DNA of 33,940 nt from a virus (IMGVR_UViG_3300005764_000050:1-33940), one strand, 5' to 3'; positions 24,417-33,845 are shown, numbered from the stretch's first letter. Notes: generated by a model not told the origin, from the letters alone. Numbers and translations: made by a program.

Positions 24417-27400
24417 GGCACAAAAATCCCCCGATCCGCGAAAATTTTGCGGGCCTCGTCCTCAGTCTTATTGAACTTTTGCATGTAGTCCTGCAGCTTC
24501 TTCTCGTTCTCGTTGATGGGGGCCATCTCCATGACGTTGTTGCCAACCACGCTGCGGTGTTGCAGATCGTACAGGCGCTTGCCGTAGGCCATGTGGCGGT
24601 TGCTCACGTCGTTGAGAAAAATCCTCATGGCGCTCTGAAGCTGGTTGAACGTGAAGTCCTCACCCAGGGCTTTGCGGATCTCGCCCTGCGCCTGCTGGGT
24701 GACTTCGCCGTTCATGGTGGCGGTATTGAGAATGCGTGCGATCTCTTTCTGCACGGGCAGCAGGGAGGCGATGAAGTTGCTCACCCGGGTATCGCCCCGG
24801 TAGTTCTTCTGCAATTCGCGCATGGGCATGTTCAGCACCGGAGCGCCCAGGTCGCTCACCTGTTTGGCGTTGGCCAGCAACTGCTGCGAGTTGAGTTTGA
24901 GGGTATCGGAGAAGCCCTCCACCATCTGATACATGTTGTTCAGCTTGGCCGCCGCCTGCTGGTTGGATTTGGCGGCCATCTGCTCCATGAGAAGTACGTC
25001 GTTGTCGCCCAGGCCCTTCTCTTTGGCCATATCGGCGGCTAGATTCTGGACTGCGGCCATGAGGTAGCGGTTCGCGCCCAGATAACTCGGCAGGGGCTGT
25101 TTGTTCAATACCAGAGTTGCCAGATACTTGAGGGAATCCGGCGACATGGCCTTCAATTCTTCCTTCTTGGGCTGAATGACACGCTGGGCTTTGTTGAGGC
25201 CCGTGTATTCGAAGGCCCGGTCCTGCAGGTTCACCCGTTGTCCGTTGATGGTGGCGAATTGCGGGATGTCGTTGATGGTGACATGCTCCTTGCCGCTGAG
25301 ATCGACGCCCGCTTCATACGCGGCCTTGCGGATGCCCGCTTCCAGCGCCTGATCGTCGCCGGTGAACTTGGCGGGCGCGGCGTTGCTGCCGATTGCCTTC
25401 CAATCCTGGAGCGCGGTTTTCGGATTCTCCCGGGTCAGTTGCGTCATGTTGAAAACGCTGGGCAGGGTGTCCGGGGGAACATTCCAGCCGCGCTCTGTTG
25501 CGTAAGCGACATGATTCTTTTCCTTCTCGATCAGCGCGGTTTTTTTGCTCTCCCACTGGCTGGCCGCCGTCTCGTACTGGCTCTGTAGCTTCTCGATGCG
25601 GGTCAGCTCAGCGCGATTGGCAGTGAGGCCCGCCTGCTGCAGCATGCCCAGTTGGTTCATGCCGAAGCTGGCCATCTTCTCGCGGTACTCGTTGGCCTTG
25701 TCCTGCAGGTTGGCACCGGCCTGGAGGAGCCCCTGGTAGTCCTTGCGGGCCGCCGCCTGGGCCTGCTGGGACATGGCGTAAGACTGAGCCCCGGCTTCGC
25801 CCAGGGCCTGGACGAAACGGTGAGAATGCGACCCCATCAGCGCCGCGCCGAATTGCATCAGCGTGTCGCCGATGGTGGGATTCATGCGGCGCTGAACTTC
25901 GACCAGCATGTTGTCCAGGGCCTGCTGGTATTTGGTGTAATCCGGCGGCGGCCCGGCCAGTTCCCGGTAGGCGTCGCTGATCCATTTCAGATTGTCTTTG
26001 GAGTAGGCGGTCTTGGGGTCGTAAGGCTGATAGGCCTGCTGGGCCAGTTCCCACTGTCTGCGGCGCTGCTTCACGCTTTCCGGTTCGGCGGGCTCCCAGG
26101 GCGCGACGGCCTGACGGGCAACGGCCTGCTGCGCGGTTTCAACAGTGCCCGGGGCGGTAGCACCCGGGGCGGCGGTGCCTCCGGGGGCAGACGTGCCTTC
26201 CCCCTGGGGCGAGGGCTGGGCGGTTTCGGAGCCGGTCTCTTCCTGGGTGCCGGGCAGGCTGAACGACATGGTAGTGGGTCCGGCGGGTGATTGTGATTCG
26301 CGGATCGGTCCCGACAGGCGGCCCCGCAAGTTACTCGGCGGGATGACCAACGGCACCTGACCGCCCGCCGTGCGCAAGCTATTGGCGGTCATCATCACCC
26401 GGTCCAAATAGCGATGCGTTTCGTCAAACGGCGGCACGCCCTTGTACTTCTGCACCGCGCCGGGACCGGCGTTGTAGGCCGCCAGCGCCATCGGGATGTT
26501 GCCCCTGTACTGATGCACAAGCTGGCTCATGACGCGCGCGCCGGTGAAGATGTTGGTGGCCGGGTCGAGAAGCTGCCGGGGATCGGTGATGCCGTAATCG
26601 GCGGCAGTCTCGGGCATGATTTGCATCAGGCCGATGGCACCTTTGTGAGAAACAGCGGAGGGATCGCCGCTGCTCTCGGCCAGGATCATGCTGGTGAGCA
26701 CCGCCGGGTCCAGGTTGTTCTGCCGGGCGGCTTCGTGGACGAGCTGCTGCAAGACCGATGGCAATTGGGGCGGGGCCGCGCTGGGGAAGCGCCGGGTGTC
26801 GAAGGGCTGATAAGTGGCCAGGGCCGGGGGCCGACCTGCCTGCACCGGAGAAGGGACTGTGTTGTCTCCGGCGAGGCGGCTGGTCACCGGCCCTGATACG
26901 CGCTCCAGCGGCGGCTGGCCGGTGCTTTGGCGCAACAGGTTGACGGTGGGCAGGACCGGACGCTGCTGAGGCGTGGATTCGGCGGGCTGGCCGGATGGCA
27001 AAATGCGCGCCAGCGGCGTGACGGCATCGGGATCCGCCGGGAGGCCGAGATCGGTGCGCACAGCGTTGCTGGCGCTGCTCAGGCGCTGGGCCATGTTGCG
27101 CCAGCGGTCCAGAATCGACTCCTCGTTGTCGTCGTCCTGGTTGGTGGCTTCACCGACCGATCCGCCATCCGCCATGCCGACCGGCCCGGGCATGCGCATG
27201 TTGCCGGGAGGCGTGGGAGAGCCCGGCGCGGGCGTGCCCATGGCGGTCTGGCCGCCACCGCCCAGATTCGGCGGCGGCATGCCGGGAGGCGTGGCCTGGG
27301 TGGGTACACTGCCCGGCGGCAATCCCTGGGCCGGAGGCATGCGCGCCTGCAGCGAGCGGATCAGATCGTCGCTCACGCTGGATTGCGGGGCCTGGGCCCG

Positions 27401-27550
27401 GTTGGCTCCGCTGCGCAGCTTCTGTCGGCGCTGCATTTCGGCCACGACCAGATAGGGCGGCACGACGCCGGTGGGTTGCTGTGCCTGCATGCTGAGCCAC
27501 TGGTCCGGCATGTTTTTCAAGTCGTCGGCAAGCGTGATCAGGTCGGGCAT
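24413..27550 (-). CDS. Ejection protein with soluble lytic transglycosylase (SLT) domain
   Basis: MILAESSGDPSAVSHKGAIGLMQIMPETA...NIFTGA...ALAAYNAGPGAV...ETHRY (about 26400-26740). Start 27550 (MPDLITL) preferred over 27589. Confidence 0.85.
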   Translation of the reverse strand: MPDLITLADDLKNMPDQWLSMQAQQPTGVVPPYLVVAEMQRRQKLRSGANRAQAPQSSVSDDLIRSLQARMPPAQGLPPGSVPTQATPPGMPPPNLGGGGQTAMGTPAPGSPTPPGNMRMPGPVGMADGGSVGEATNQDDDNEESILDRWRNMAQRLSSASNAVRTDLGLPADPDAVTPLARILPSGQPAESTPQQRPVLPTVNLLRQSTGQPPLERVSGPVTSRLAGDNTVPSPVQAGRPPALATYQPFDTRRFPSAAPPQLPSVLQQLVHEAARQNNLDPAVLTSMILAESSGDPSAVSHKGAIGLMQIMPETAADYGITDPRQLLDPATNIFTGARVMSQLVHQYRGNIPMALAAYNAGPGAVQKYKGVPPFDETHRYLDRVMMTANSLRTAGGQVPLVIPPSNLRGRLSGPIRESQSPAGPTTMSFSLPGTQEETGSETAQPSPQGEGTSAPGGTAAPGATAPGTVETAQQAVARQAVAPWEPAEPESVKQRRRQWELAQQAYQPYDPKTAYSKDNLKWISDAYRELAGPPPDYTKYQQALDNMLVEVQRRMNPTIGDTLMQFGAALMGSHSHRFVQALGEAGAQSYAMSQQAQAAARKDYQGLLQAGANLQDKANEYREKMASFGMNQLGMLQQAGLTANRAELTRIEKLQSQYETAASQWESKKTALIEKEKNHVAYATERGWNVPPDTLPSVFNMTQLTRENPKTALQDWKAIGSNAAPAKFTGDDQALEAGIRKAAYEAGVDLSGKEHVTINDIPQFATINGQRVNLQDRAFEYTGLNKAQRVIQPKKEELKAMSPDSLKYLATLVLNKQPLPSYLGANRYLMAAVQNLAADMAKEKGLGDNDVLLMEQMAAKSNQQAAAKLNNMYQMVEGFSDTLKLNSQQLLANAKQVSDLGAPVLNMPMRELQKNYRGDTRVSNFIASLLPVQKEIARILNTATMNGEVTQQAQGEIRKALGEDFTFNQLQSAMRIFLNDVSNRHMAYGKRLYDLQHRSVVGNNVMEMAPINENEKKLQDYMQKFNKTEDEARKIFADRGIFVP

Positions 27551-27558
27551 ATGGTTCT

Positions 27559-30438
27559 CTATGGTGTCCAATTGGAAAGGCTGGTCCAATTCGGCGGCTC
27601 AGATTTAGGTCCTTTTAGCTCCAGGTACTTGTAATAGTTAGATGCCCCTCTGTTGCCGCCCTGCCTAGCTAACTTTTCGATCTGCCGTTCCAGGTAAGGG
27701 ATGCCAGCGGCCTCTTCTCTGGTGAGATATTCCGCGCCACCTTTGGTAAATTGCCTCGCATGCGTCATTTCATGCGCCAGGGTTTCTATCGTGTCCTGCA
27801 GCGCCGGATTTCTTTCGGGATTAATCGTAATTTGACCGAAGGGATTTTCGCCTCCCCCGTAAAAGTTGCCGCGAACATTGCGCGGTAGTTTCCGGGCCAT
27901 GACATCGGCCCGGCTGGCGAATCTCGGGTATCGCGTCTGCAGGAAGGCGAGGCCCTGATCGATGAGCGGATTGCCGGTGACGTTCTTGGCTTCCTCTAGG
28001 GCTTTGGTGAACAGCGGCAGGGTTTCAGGAGTCAGGGCGATCATGGCCGGGCTGGGCAGCGCCACACTGGGGTCTTTGACCAACCACTTTAAGGTTTTGT
28101 ACACCGGATTATCGTGCCAAGTATCTGTAGCTGTGCTCAGTCTGCGGCTTTCCAGGCTGGGATAGTCCTCCCCCAGTCCGGCGGGCGGCGCATCATGGGG
28201 CTCGCCGTTGTCGTCTACCAGCCCAGCGGACGGCGCATCAAAGGAGTCGCCGTTATCGTCCACCAGACCGCCGACCGCGTAGTTCTTCTGCATCTGGCCG
28301 GGCGGCGTGATGGGAGGCGCACCGCCGCCGTTTTGCATGTCGCCGGTCGAGCCCACCAGCGGGTTGCCGAAATTGTCCACTGCGCCGCTGTTGGCGAAAT
28401 TGCTGCTGCCGGGACTTTGATTGGCATTGGCATAGGCTCCGAGGAACATGCCCGCCGCGCCTGCGGCGGTATTCCACCAACTGGGATTGGGCGTCTGGGT
28501 GGTCTGTACGCCGGAGGTCTGCTGCTGGACCGCGCCCTGGGGCGGCATTTTGCTGATCAGGTTGGCTCCCCAGTCGAGCAACTGGAAGGGGTAGTTCTGC
28601 TGGTATTGCCACATGGCATAGTCACGATCCGCCTTGCTCTGCTCATAGTTGCCCTGGGAGGCGGCGGCGTTGGCCAGCACGGTGTTGCGCGAGAGCTGAT
28701 TCTGGTAGTCCTGGCTCAACCAGTTGCCGATCTGCTGGTTCATCTGGTTGCCCAGCGAGTAGTAGCCCAGGTTGGCGTTTTGCGCGGCCTGCTGCGCTTG
28801 CGCCTGGGCGTTCTGCGCCTGCAGGTCGAGTCCCGCGCCGAATTGCCGGGACTGCATGGCGAGCTGCTGCGCGGTCATGCCCAGGCCTTGGGTCTGTAAC
28901 GCGCCCTGGGTGCGCGACTGGTTTTCTGCCTGCATGGCCGCAAGCTGGCGGGCGCGCATGGCCTGATCGGCCTGCTGGTTGGCGAGCTGGCCCTGCATGT
29001 TCCAGTTGCCGACTTGCTGGGCACCTTGAAATCCCAGTTGCGTGGCCAGCATGCCGGTCTGCAGGCCCGCCGCCTGATTCAGCTTCTCGGCCTCCATCTG
29101 TTGCTGGACGTTGAACATCTGGGCCTGCATATTGGCCGCCTGATTCAACTGCTGCGCGGTCAGGCCGGTGCTCTGGTTGGCCATCGACGCCTGCAGTCCC
29201 ATCTGCGCGTTGGCCAGTTGCTGGTTGTAGAGCTGTTGCGCGTTGTACTGCTGCGCGGTCATGCCCAGTTGCGCGGCCAGCGCTTGGGTCTGCTGCTGCG
29301 ATTGCAGGTTGGCCTGACTGACGTTGAAACCCATGCCCTGGTTGGCCAGGGCGGCCTGCATGCCGGTGGTGGTGCCCAGGCCCTGAGCGGCGAGCTGCGC
29401 CTGCTGGTTGGCCAGCGCGGCCTGCTGCTGCATCTGCTGGTTCGCTAAGCCCGCCTGCAGTCCGGTCTGCACGTTGAACTGCCCGGCCTGCAGTCCCATG
29501 CCCTGTTCCGCCATGAACTGCTGCTGGGCCTGCTGGTAAGCCTGCTGCTGGCCGGTGGCCTGGATGTTGGCCATGCGGTCCTGCAGATCGCGATTCATCG
29601 TCGCTTCTTCCACCGCTTGTCTTGTGCCACCGAACGCGCCCGCCTTGGCGGCGTTGGAGCGCAATCCTGTCAGTTGCTGGTTGTAATCGCGCTGCGCCTG
29701 TTGCTTCTGCACATCGAGCACGTTCTGCATGTACGGGCTCATGTATTGCGAGGCGACGCCGGGCGCGGTGAACGATTGCGTACCGACGGTCCCGGCAGTG
29801 ACCGGCGCGGCGGCATTGATATCGAATGACGACAGACCGCCGGGGCCGCTCACGCGCTCATAGGGCCCCATCTGGAAGGTCTGAAGGTTGGGTGCCTGGA
29901 TCTGCTGCAGGCCGCCGATGCGTTCGGCGGCGATGCGTTCCGCGTTGACCCGCTCCTCTTTGACCTTGTCGGGCATGCTGATGCGGTCATACGGCGTCTG
30001 GTAATCGGCGGCAGTGGCTCCCATAGTGGGGCCTTGCACCTGCATGCCGAGACCGCCGCCGCCGTAGTTGGCGAACGGATCGTCATAGGAGAATTGCGGA
30101 ACGTTGAAATCCTGCGGCGTGTAGTGGGCCTGGATCTGGATCTGGCTGGGATCGCGCACGCCCTGCATCAGCTTGTCGCGCATCTGTTCGGTGAGCGCGG
30201 AAGTCTTGCTGTAGTCGGGCACGCCGAGGCCCGCGCTCTGATCCCAATACTGGTTCTGCAGCGGCGTGGTGAAGGCGGTGCGCTGACCGGGGTAAATGGG
30301 AGCCTGGGCGAACTGGCCGTTGGGCCAGATGAGCTGCATGGCCGCGCTGCCAAGGCCGCCCCAGTATTCCTGCTGGACCTTACTCGGAATATTTTGCGTG
30401 TAAGTCGTGCCGGAGGTTGTCGTGGTTTCGGTCGGCAT
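27559..30438 (-). CDS. Gln-rich ejection/pilot protein with C-terminal zincin HExxH domain
   Basis: YMSPYMQNVLD...GAFGGTRQAV pilot-type motif, many LQAGLANQQ-like repeats, and TLAHEMTHARQ...E near the C-terminus. The alternative GTG start is 30447. Confidence 0.75.
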   Translation of the reverse strand: MPTETTTTSGTTYTQNIPSKVQQEYWGGLGSAAMQLIWPNGQFAQAPIYPGQRTAFTTPLQNQYWDQSAGLGVPDYSKTSALTEQMRDKLMQGVRDPSQIQIQAHYTPQDFNVPQFSYDDPFANYGGGGLGMQVQGPTMGATAADYQTPYDRISMPDKVKEERVNAERIAAERIGGLQQIQAPNLQTFQMGPYERVSGPGGLSSFDINAAAPVTAGTVGTQSFTAPGVASQYMSPYMQNVLDVQKQQAQRDYNQQLTGLRSNAAKAGAFGGTRQAVEEATMNRDLQDRMANIQATGQQQAYQQAQQQFMAEQGMGLQAGQFNVQTGLQAGLANQQMQQQAALANQQAQLAAQGLGTTTGMQAALANQGMGFNVSQANLQSQQQTQALAAQLGMTAQQYNAQQLYNQQLANAQMGLQASMANQSTGLTAQQLNQAANMQAQMFNVQQQMEAEKLNQAAGLQTGMLATQLGFQGAQQVGNWNMQGQLANQQADQAMRARQLAAMQAENQSRTQGALQTQGLGMTAQQLAMQSRQFGAGLDLQAQNAQAQAQQAAQNANLGYYSLGNQMNQQIGNWLSQDYQNQLSRNTVLANAAASQGNYEQSKADRDYAMWQYQQNYPFQLLDWGANLISKMPPQGAVQQQTSGVQTTQTPNPSWWNTAAGAAGMFLGAYANANQSPGSSNFANSGAVDNFGNPLVGSTGDMQNGGGAPPITPPGQMQKNYAVGGLVDDNGDSFDAPSAGLVDDNGEPHDAPPAGLGEDYPSLESRRLSTATDTWHDNPVYKTLKWLVKDPSVALPSPAMIALTPETLPLFTKALEEAKNVTGNPLIDQGLAFLQTRYPRFASRADVMARKLPRNVRGNFYGGGENPFGQITINPERNPALQDTIETLAHEMTHARQFTKGGAEYLTREEAAGIPYLERQIEKLARQGGNRGASNYYKYLELKGPKSEPPNWTSLSNWTP

Positions 30439-30898
30439 CGGTCGCACCCCGCTTGGTCTTGAACCACTTGATTCTGCGTGCCGGGTAGCCGTCGATTAAG
30501 TGGCGGAGGGGCATGAAGCCCTGGCGGCCAATCAGCATGCAATGGGTGCAGCCGGTCGCTTGCGCGAACGCGCTGAGTGTGCAGGCCGCAGATTCCATCC
30601 ACGTCCTGAAGTACCGGCCCGCCAGGAAGTAGACTTTCAAAATCCGCTTCTTCCGGCGCGGGCGGGCGTCTATCGTAGTCACGATAACACTGGCGAAGCG
30701 CGTTGGAAACCGCCAGTGGGGAGCCACGAAGACGTGCCAATGGCCGGTCAGGATCTGGTTGCGCAGCACCGGCGCGGGCATGGGCGGCGGGTCGGAGGTG
30801 GTCCAGCCGAAGGTCTGGGCGATGCGGGCCCACAGGTCCGGTATCAGCTCCGGCGGTACCGCGTACAGTTGCACGGGGGGATGCGTCGGTGGATGCAT
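30380..30898 (-). CDS. Phage GNAT-like protein typical of podovirus tail modules
   Basis: LYAVPP..I..LW...VT.I......IL.VYFLAG..F..W......FAQATGC....IGRQGF pattern; precedes the ejection genes. Confidence 0.55.
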   Translation of the reverse strand: MHPPTHPPVQLYAVPPELIPDLWARIAQTFGWTTSDPPPMPAPVLRNQILTGHWHVFVAPHWRFPTRFASVIVTTIDARPRRKKRILKVYFLAGRYFRTWMESAACTLSAFAQATGCTHCMLIGRQGFMPLRHLIDGYPARRIKWFKTKRGATDADRNHDNLRHDLHAKYSE

Positions 30899-30968
30899 AT
30901 GGCCAGGGTAGACTGAATACGGTGGTCTCCAGACACACCCGCTGCCTCGTCCGCTGGTCTTGTTCGTC

Positions 30969-32558
30969 ATGGTGCGGGACCAGCGGCGGGAGGCGATCAG
31001 GCAAAACATGAGTGTCACGCGCCGTTTTCCTGAGCAGGAGATCGAATACTTCCAGCGCGCCTTTCACGAGCTGCCGCCGGACAAGCAGGCCATCGCGCGC
31101 GATCACCTGGAGAAGCTTTTCGGCGACCGGGGGCGGGACCGGCAACTGACGGCGGCGCGCGGCAGTTTCCTCTCCTTCGTGCGTCACGTATGGCCGGATT
31201 TCATCGGCGGTCGCCATCACGAAATCATGGCCGAGACTTTCGAACGCATCGAGCGCGGCGAGTTGAAGCGGGCCATCATCAACATGGCTCCGCGCCACAC
31301 CAAAAGCGAGTTCACGAGCTTTCTCTATCCGGCGTGGTATCTGGGCCGCCATCCGAAAACCAAAATTCTGGCGGGCTCGCACAAGGTGGAATTGTCGGCG
31401 GGCTTTGGCAGAAAAATGAGGAACCTGATCGCCTCGCCGGAATACCAGGAGGTTTTTCCGGGGATTCAACTGGCGCGCGATTCCAAGGCCACGCACCGCT
31501 GGGCCACGCGCCAGGGCGGCGAGTATTTCGCGGTCGGCACCACCGGCGGCGCTGCCGGACGCGGCGGCGATCTGGTGATCATCGATGATCCGCATTCGGA
31601 GCAGGATGTCTTAAAGAACGCCGACGCGAATTTCACCAAGGTGTGGGACTGGTATCTGGCGGGCCCCCGGCAGCGCCTGCAGCCTGGGGCGGCGATCCTG
31701 ATCGTGATGACGCGCTGGGGCACGCGCGATCTTACCGGCCAGTTGCTGCAGCAGGCGGTGGAAGAGGAGGATGGCGAACAGTGGGAAGTGATTGAACTGC
31801 CCGCCATACTCCCGTCTGGTGAACCATTATGGCCTGAGTACTGGCCGCGTGAAGAGCTGGAACGCACGCGCGCCACACTGCCGATCAGCCGCTGGCAGGC
31901 GCAGTATCAGCAGAAACCCACCTCGGAAGAAGGCGCGATCATCAAGCGCGAATGGTGGATGGACTGGCGCGAAACGGAGGCCCCGGCCTGCGAGTTCGTG
32001 GTGCAATCGTGGGACACGGCGTTCAGCGACCGGCAGGCCAGCAATCGCAGCGCGTGCATCACCTGGGGCCTGTTCCGCTATCGCAGCCACGGCGACACGC
32101 CGAAGCTGGCCACCGGCATCATTCTGCTGGATGCCTGGGCGGGACGGTTGAACTTCCCAGAGCTGAAACAACAGGCGAAAAAGTTGTACGACCAGTGGAA
32201 GCCGGACTCCCTGGTGGTGGAGTCGCGCGCCACCGGCAAACCTTTGGTGCAGGAGTTGTGGCGCATGGGGATTCCGGTCTACGAAAAGATCCCGTCGCGC
32301 GGCGAGGACAAAACGACGCGCACCAACGCGGTGGCGGATCTGTTCAGCACGCACACCATCTGGGCTCCCCTGGGCAGGCGCTGGGTGGAGGAAGTGCGCG
32401 AGGAGATGGCGGCGTTTCCGCACGGCCAGTACGATGACCTGCATGACGCGGCGGTGCAGGGCCTGATCCGCATCCGCCAGGGCGGATTGATCCGCATCGC
32501 GAGCGACGAAACGGAAGAGGAAGAGCGGCCCAAACGCGCGCCGAAGAAGTTCTACTAG
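30969..32558 (+). CDS. terL: Terminase large subunit
   Basis: Walker A INMAPRHTKS, G.GGD.VIIDDP (Walker B), IVMTRW, QYQQ.P, nuclease VQSWDTA, VVE.RATG and FPHGQYDDLHDA. The start is uncertain (30969 or 31008). Confidence 0.93.
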   Translation: MVRDQRREAIRQNMSVTRRFPEQEIEYFQRAFHELPPDKQAIARDHLEKLFGDRGRDRQLTAARGSFLSFVRHVWPDFIGGRHHEIMAETFERIERGELKRAIINMAPRHTKSEFTSFLYPAWYLGRHPKTKILAGSHKVELSAGFGRKMRNLIASPEYQEVFPGIQLARDSKATHRWATRQGGEYFAVGTTGGAAGRGGDLVIIDDPHSEQDVLKNADANFTKVWDWYLAGPRQRLQPGAAILIVMTRWGTRDLTGQLLQQAVEEEDGEQWEVIELPAILPSGEPLWPEYWPREELERTRATLPISRWQAQYQQKPTSEEGAIIKREWWMDWRETEAPACEFVVQSWDTAFSDRQASNRSACITWGLFRYRSHGDTPKLATGIILLDAWAGRLNFPELKQQAKKLYDQWKPDSLVVESRATGKPLVQELWRMGIPVYEKIPSRGEDKTTRTNAVADLFSTHTIWAPLGRRWVEEVREEMAAFPHGQYDDLHDAAVQGLIRIRQGGLIRIASDETEEEERPKRAPKKFY

Positions 32559-32698
32559 TCGTCCTTTTCGAGCAGGCGTTCCAGCTCTTCTCTCATCTCC
32601 GGGTTGTCGTCATCGGGATAGCGTTTGGCCAGCTCGCGATAGTGTTCCGCCAGCTTACGTTCGGCTTCTTCCAATTGCCACTGTTTGACTAGTCCCAT
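32555..32698 (-). CDS. Small acidic protein (47 aa, not in the ORF track)
   Basis: MGLVKQWQLEEAERKLAEHYRELAKRYPDDDNPEMREELERLLEKDD*. Its stop overlaps the terL stop (CTAG). Confidence 0.55.
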   Translation of the reverse strand: MGLVKQWQLEEAERKLAEHYRELAKRYPDDDNPEMREELERLLEKDD

Positions 32699-32711
32699 AA
32701 ATTCATCCAGC

Positions 32712-32794
32712 GGGGCTGCCTCCGTTCCGTACCAAACGAAAGTCCCTCAAAGAGGAAAGAGCAGAACGGGTTCTTGATACCACTCGGCAGCCCC
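32712..32794 (-). ncRNA. Candidate structured RNA element
   Basis: Stems GGGGCUGCC/GGCAGCCCC, CCGUUCUG/CGGAACGG and UUCCUC/GAGGGA, plus a crossing GUAUCAAG/UUUGGUAC. All mismatches become G-U pairs only on the minus strand. Confidence 0.45.
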
Positions 32795-32821
32795 TTGCAG
32801 TCATCATACGCCGGATAATTT

Positions 32822-32906
32822 GCACCATTGGTGCCCAAGCCATGCCTTGCCCAGCCTCGCCTCGCCATGCCTTGCCTCACCGCGCCCAGCCTCGCCATGC
32901 CGAACC
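32822..32906 (-). ncRNA. GGY-NN pentamer array 3 (14 perfect units) with 3' hairpin
   Basis: Minus strand: GGTTC GGCAT GGCGA GGCTG GGCGC GGTGA GGCAA GGCAT GGCGA GGCGA GGCTG GGCAA GGCAT GGCTT GG GCACC-AAT-GGTGC. Starts 6 nt after the 32913 stop. Confidence 0.75.
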
Positions 32907-32912
32907 CGCCTT

Positions 32913-33845
32913 TTATTTTTTCTCCGGCAGCTTGAACTTGATCTCGCGTGGAGGAGTGCCTTGCTGGTCCGGCTTGCGAACGCCGCGCAGATGTTGCGGG
33001 ATCCAGACCTGACCGAAGATGCTTTTGCCAAAGAGACCCTTCCTGCCTTCGCCTTCGGTATAAGTCGCGAAGTGTCCCCGGCAGATGTGCAGAGCGCGCT
33101 CCAGGCCGACTTCGCCGATCCGGCCCTCGGTGCGCAGCAGTTCCTTCATGGGCTCGATCACCAGGGTGCGGTATTTGGTGGGACGAACGCCGGTGCGCTT
33201 CTGATACTTGTCGGCCAGCGGCTTGTCTACCGCATGCTCCATGGTGGTGACGTTTTTGCAATTCAGGAAACAGATGGCGGCCAGCGTGGGCATCAGGAAA
33301 CTACTCAAATGCCTGCATATTTCGTCGTCCCCAGTGCGCGCAATCGGACCTATGCATGGCATGCTTTTTAGCACTCCCGCTCCATCCACCTCGGCGCAAA
33401 AATCACCGTGCGGTCCAATGATCCGGTCTCTGCCAAAGTCCGCGAAGAAATTCTTAATGAGGAGCCAGCCGTCGCCAGAGTTGTGTATCTGGGGCTCGCC
33501 TGTCTCGGAACGGTGAGTGGCGACTGCCAGCACGCCGACTCGTTGGCAGGTGCCCATGAACGAAGACAACTGCTTCAGCGCCGCAGTGGGCTTAAATTCT
33601 GTCCAGAACACTGCATATGGAGGGGCCAAATTCGGGAGGGTCAAGTGGTGATTGAAGCCGTGCTGTTCGTAAACGTAATCGGCGATGTTGTCGATCAGCA
33701 GGACCGGCATCGGATCACACTGCCGGATCAGTCCCATTATCTGTGACCGGTGCTCCGTCCACTTTTCATCTTCTGGTCCGACCAGCCGCTCGCCGGGGAA
33801 CACGATGTTTGCTCCGGCGCGGATATCATCGATCAAGTGCGACAT
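32913..33845 (-). CDS. Conserved phage hypothetical protein (310 aa)
   Basis: PPY...W.EF motif and C-terminal ALHICRGHF.....G.FG....VWIPQHLRG, an H..RGH...W...H.RG family common in phages. Confidence 0.75.
   Translation of the reverse strand: MSHLIDDIRAGANIVFPGERLVGPEDEKWTEHRSQIMGLIRQCDPMPVLLIDNIADYVYEQHGFNHHLTLPNLAPPYAVFWTEFKPTAALKQLSSFMGTCQRVGVLAVATHRSETGEPQIHNSGDGWLLIKNFFADFGRDRIIGPHGDFCAEVDGAGVLKSMPCIGPIARTGDDEICRHLSSFLMPTLAAICFLNCKNVTTMEHAVDKPLADKYQKRTGVRPTKYRTLVIEPMKELLRTEGRIGEVGLERALHICRGHFATYTEGEGRKGLFGKSIFGQVWIPQHLRGVRKPDQQGTPPREIKFKLPEKK

Noticed and set aside
32712-32794. Hammerhead ribozyme (CGAAAGTC on the plus strand)
   Set aside because: No CUGANGA core is present, and G-U pairing favours the minus strand.
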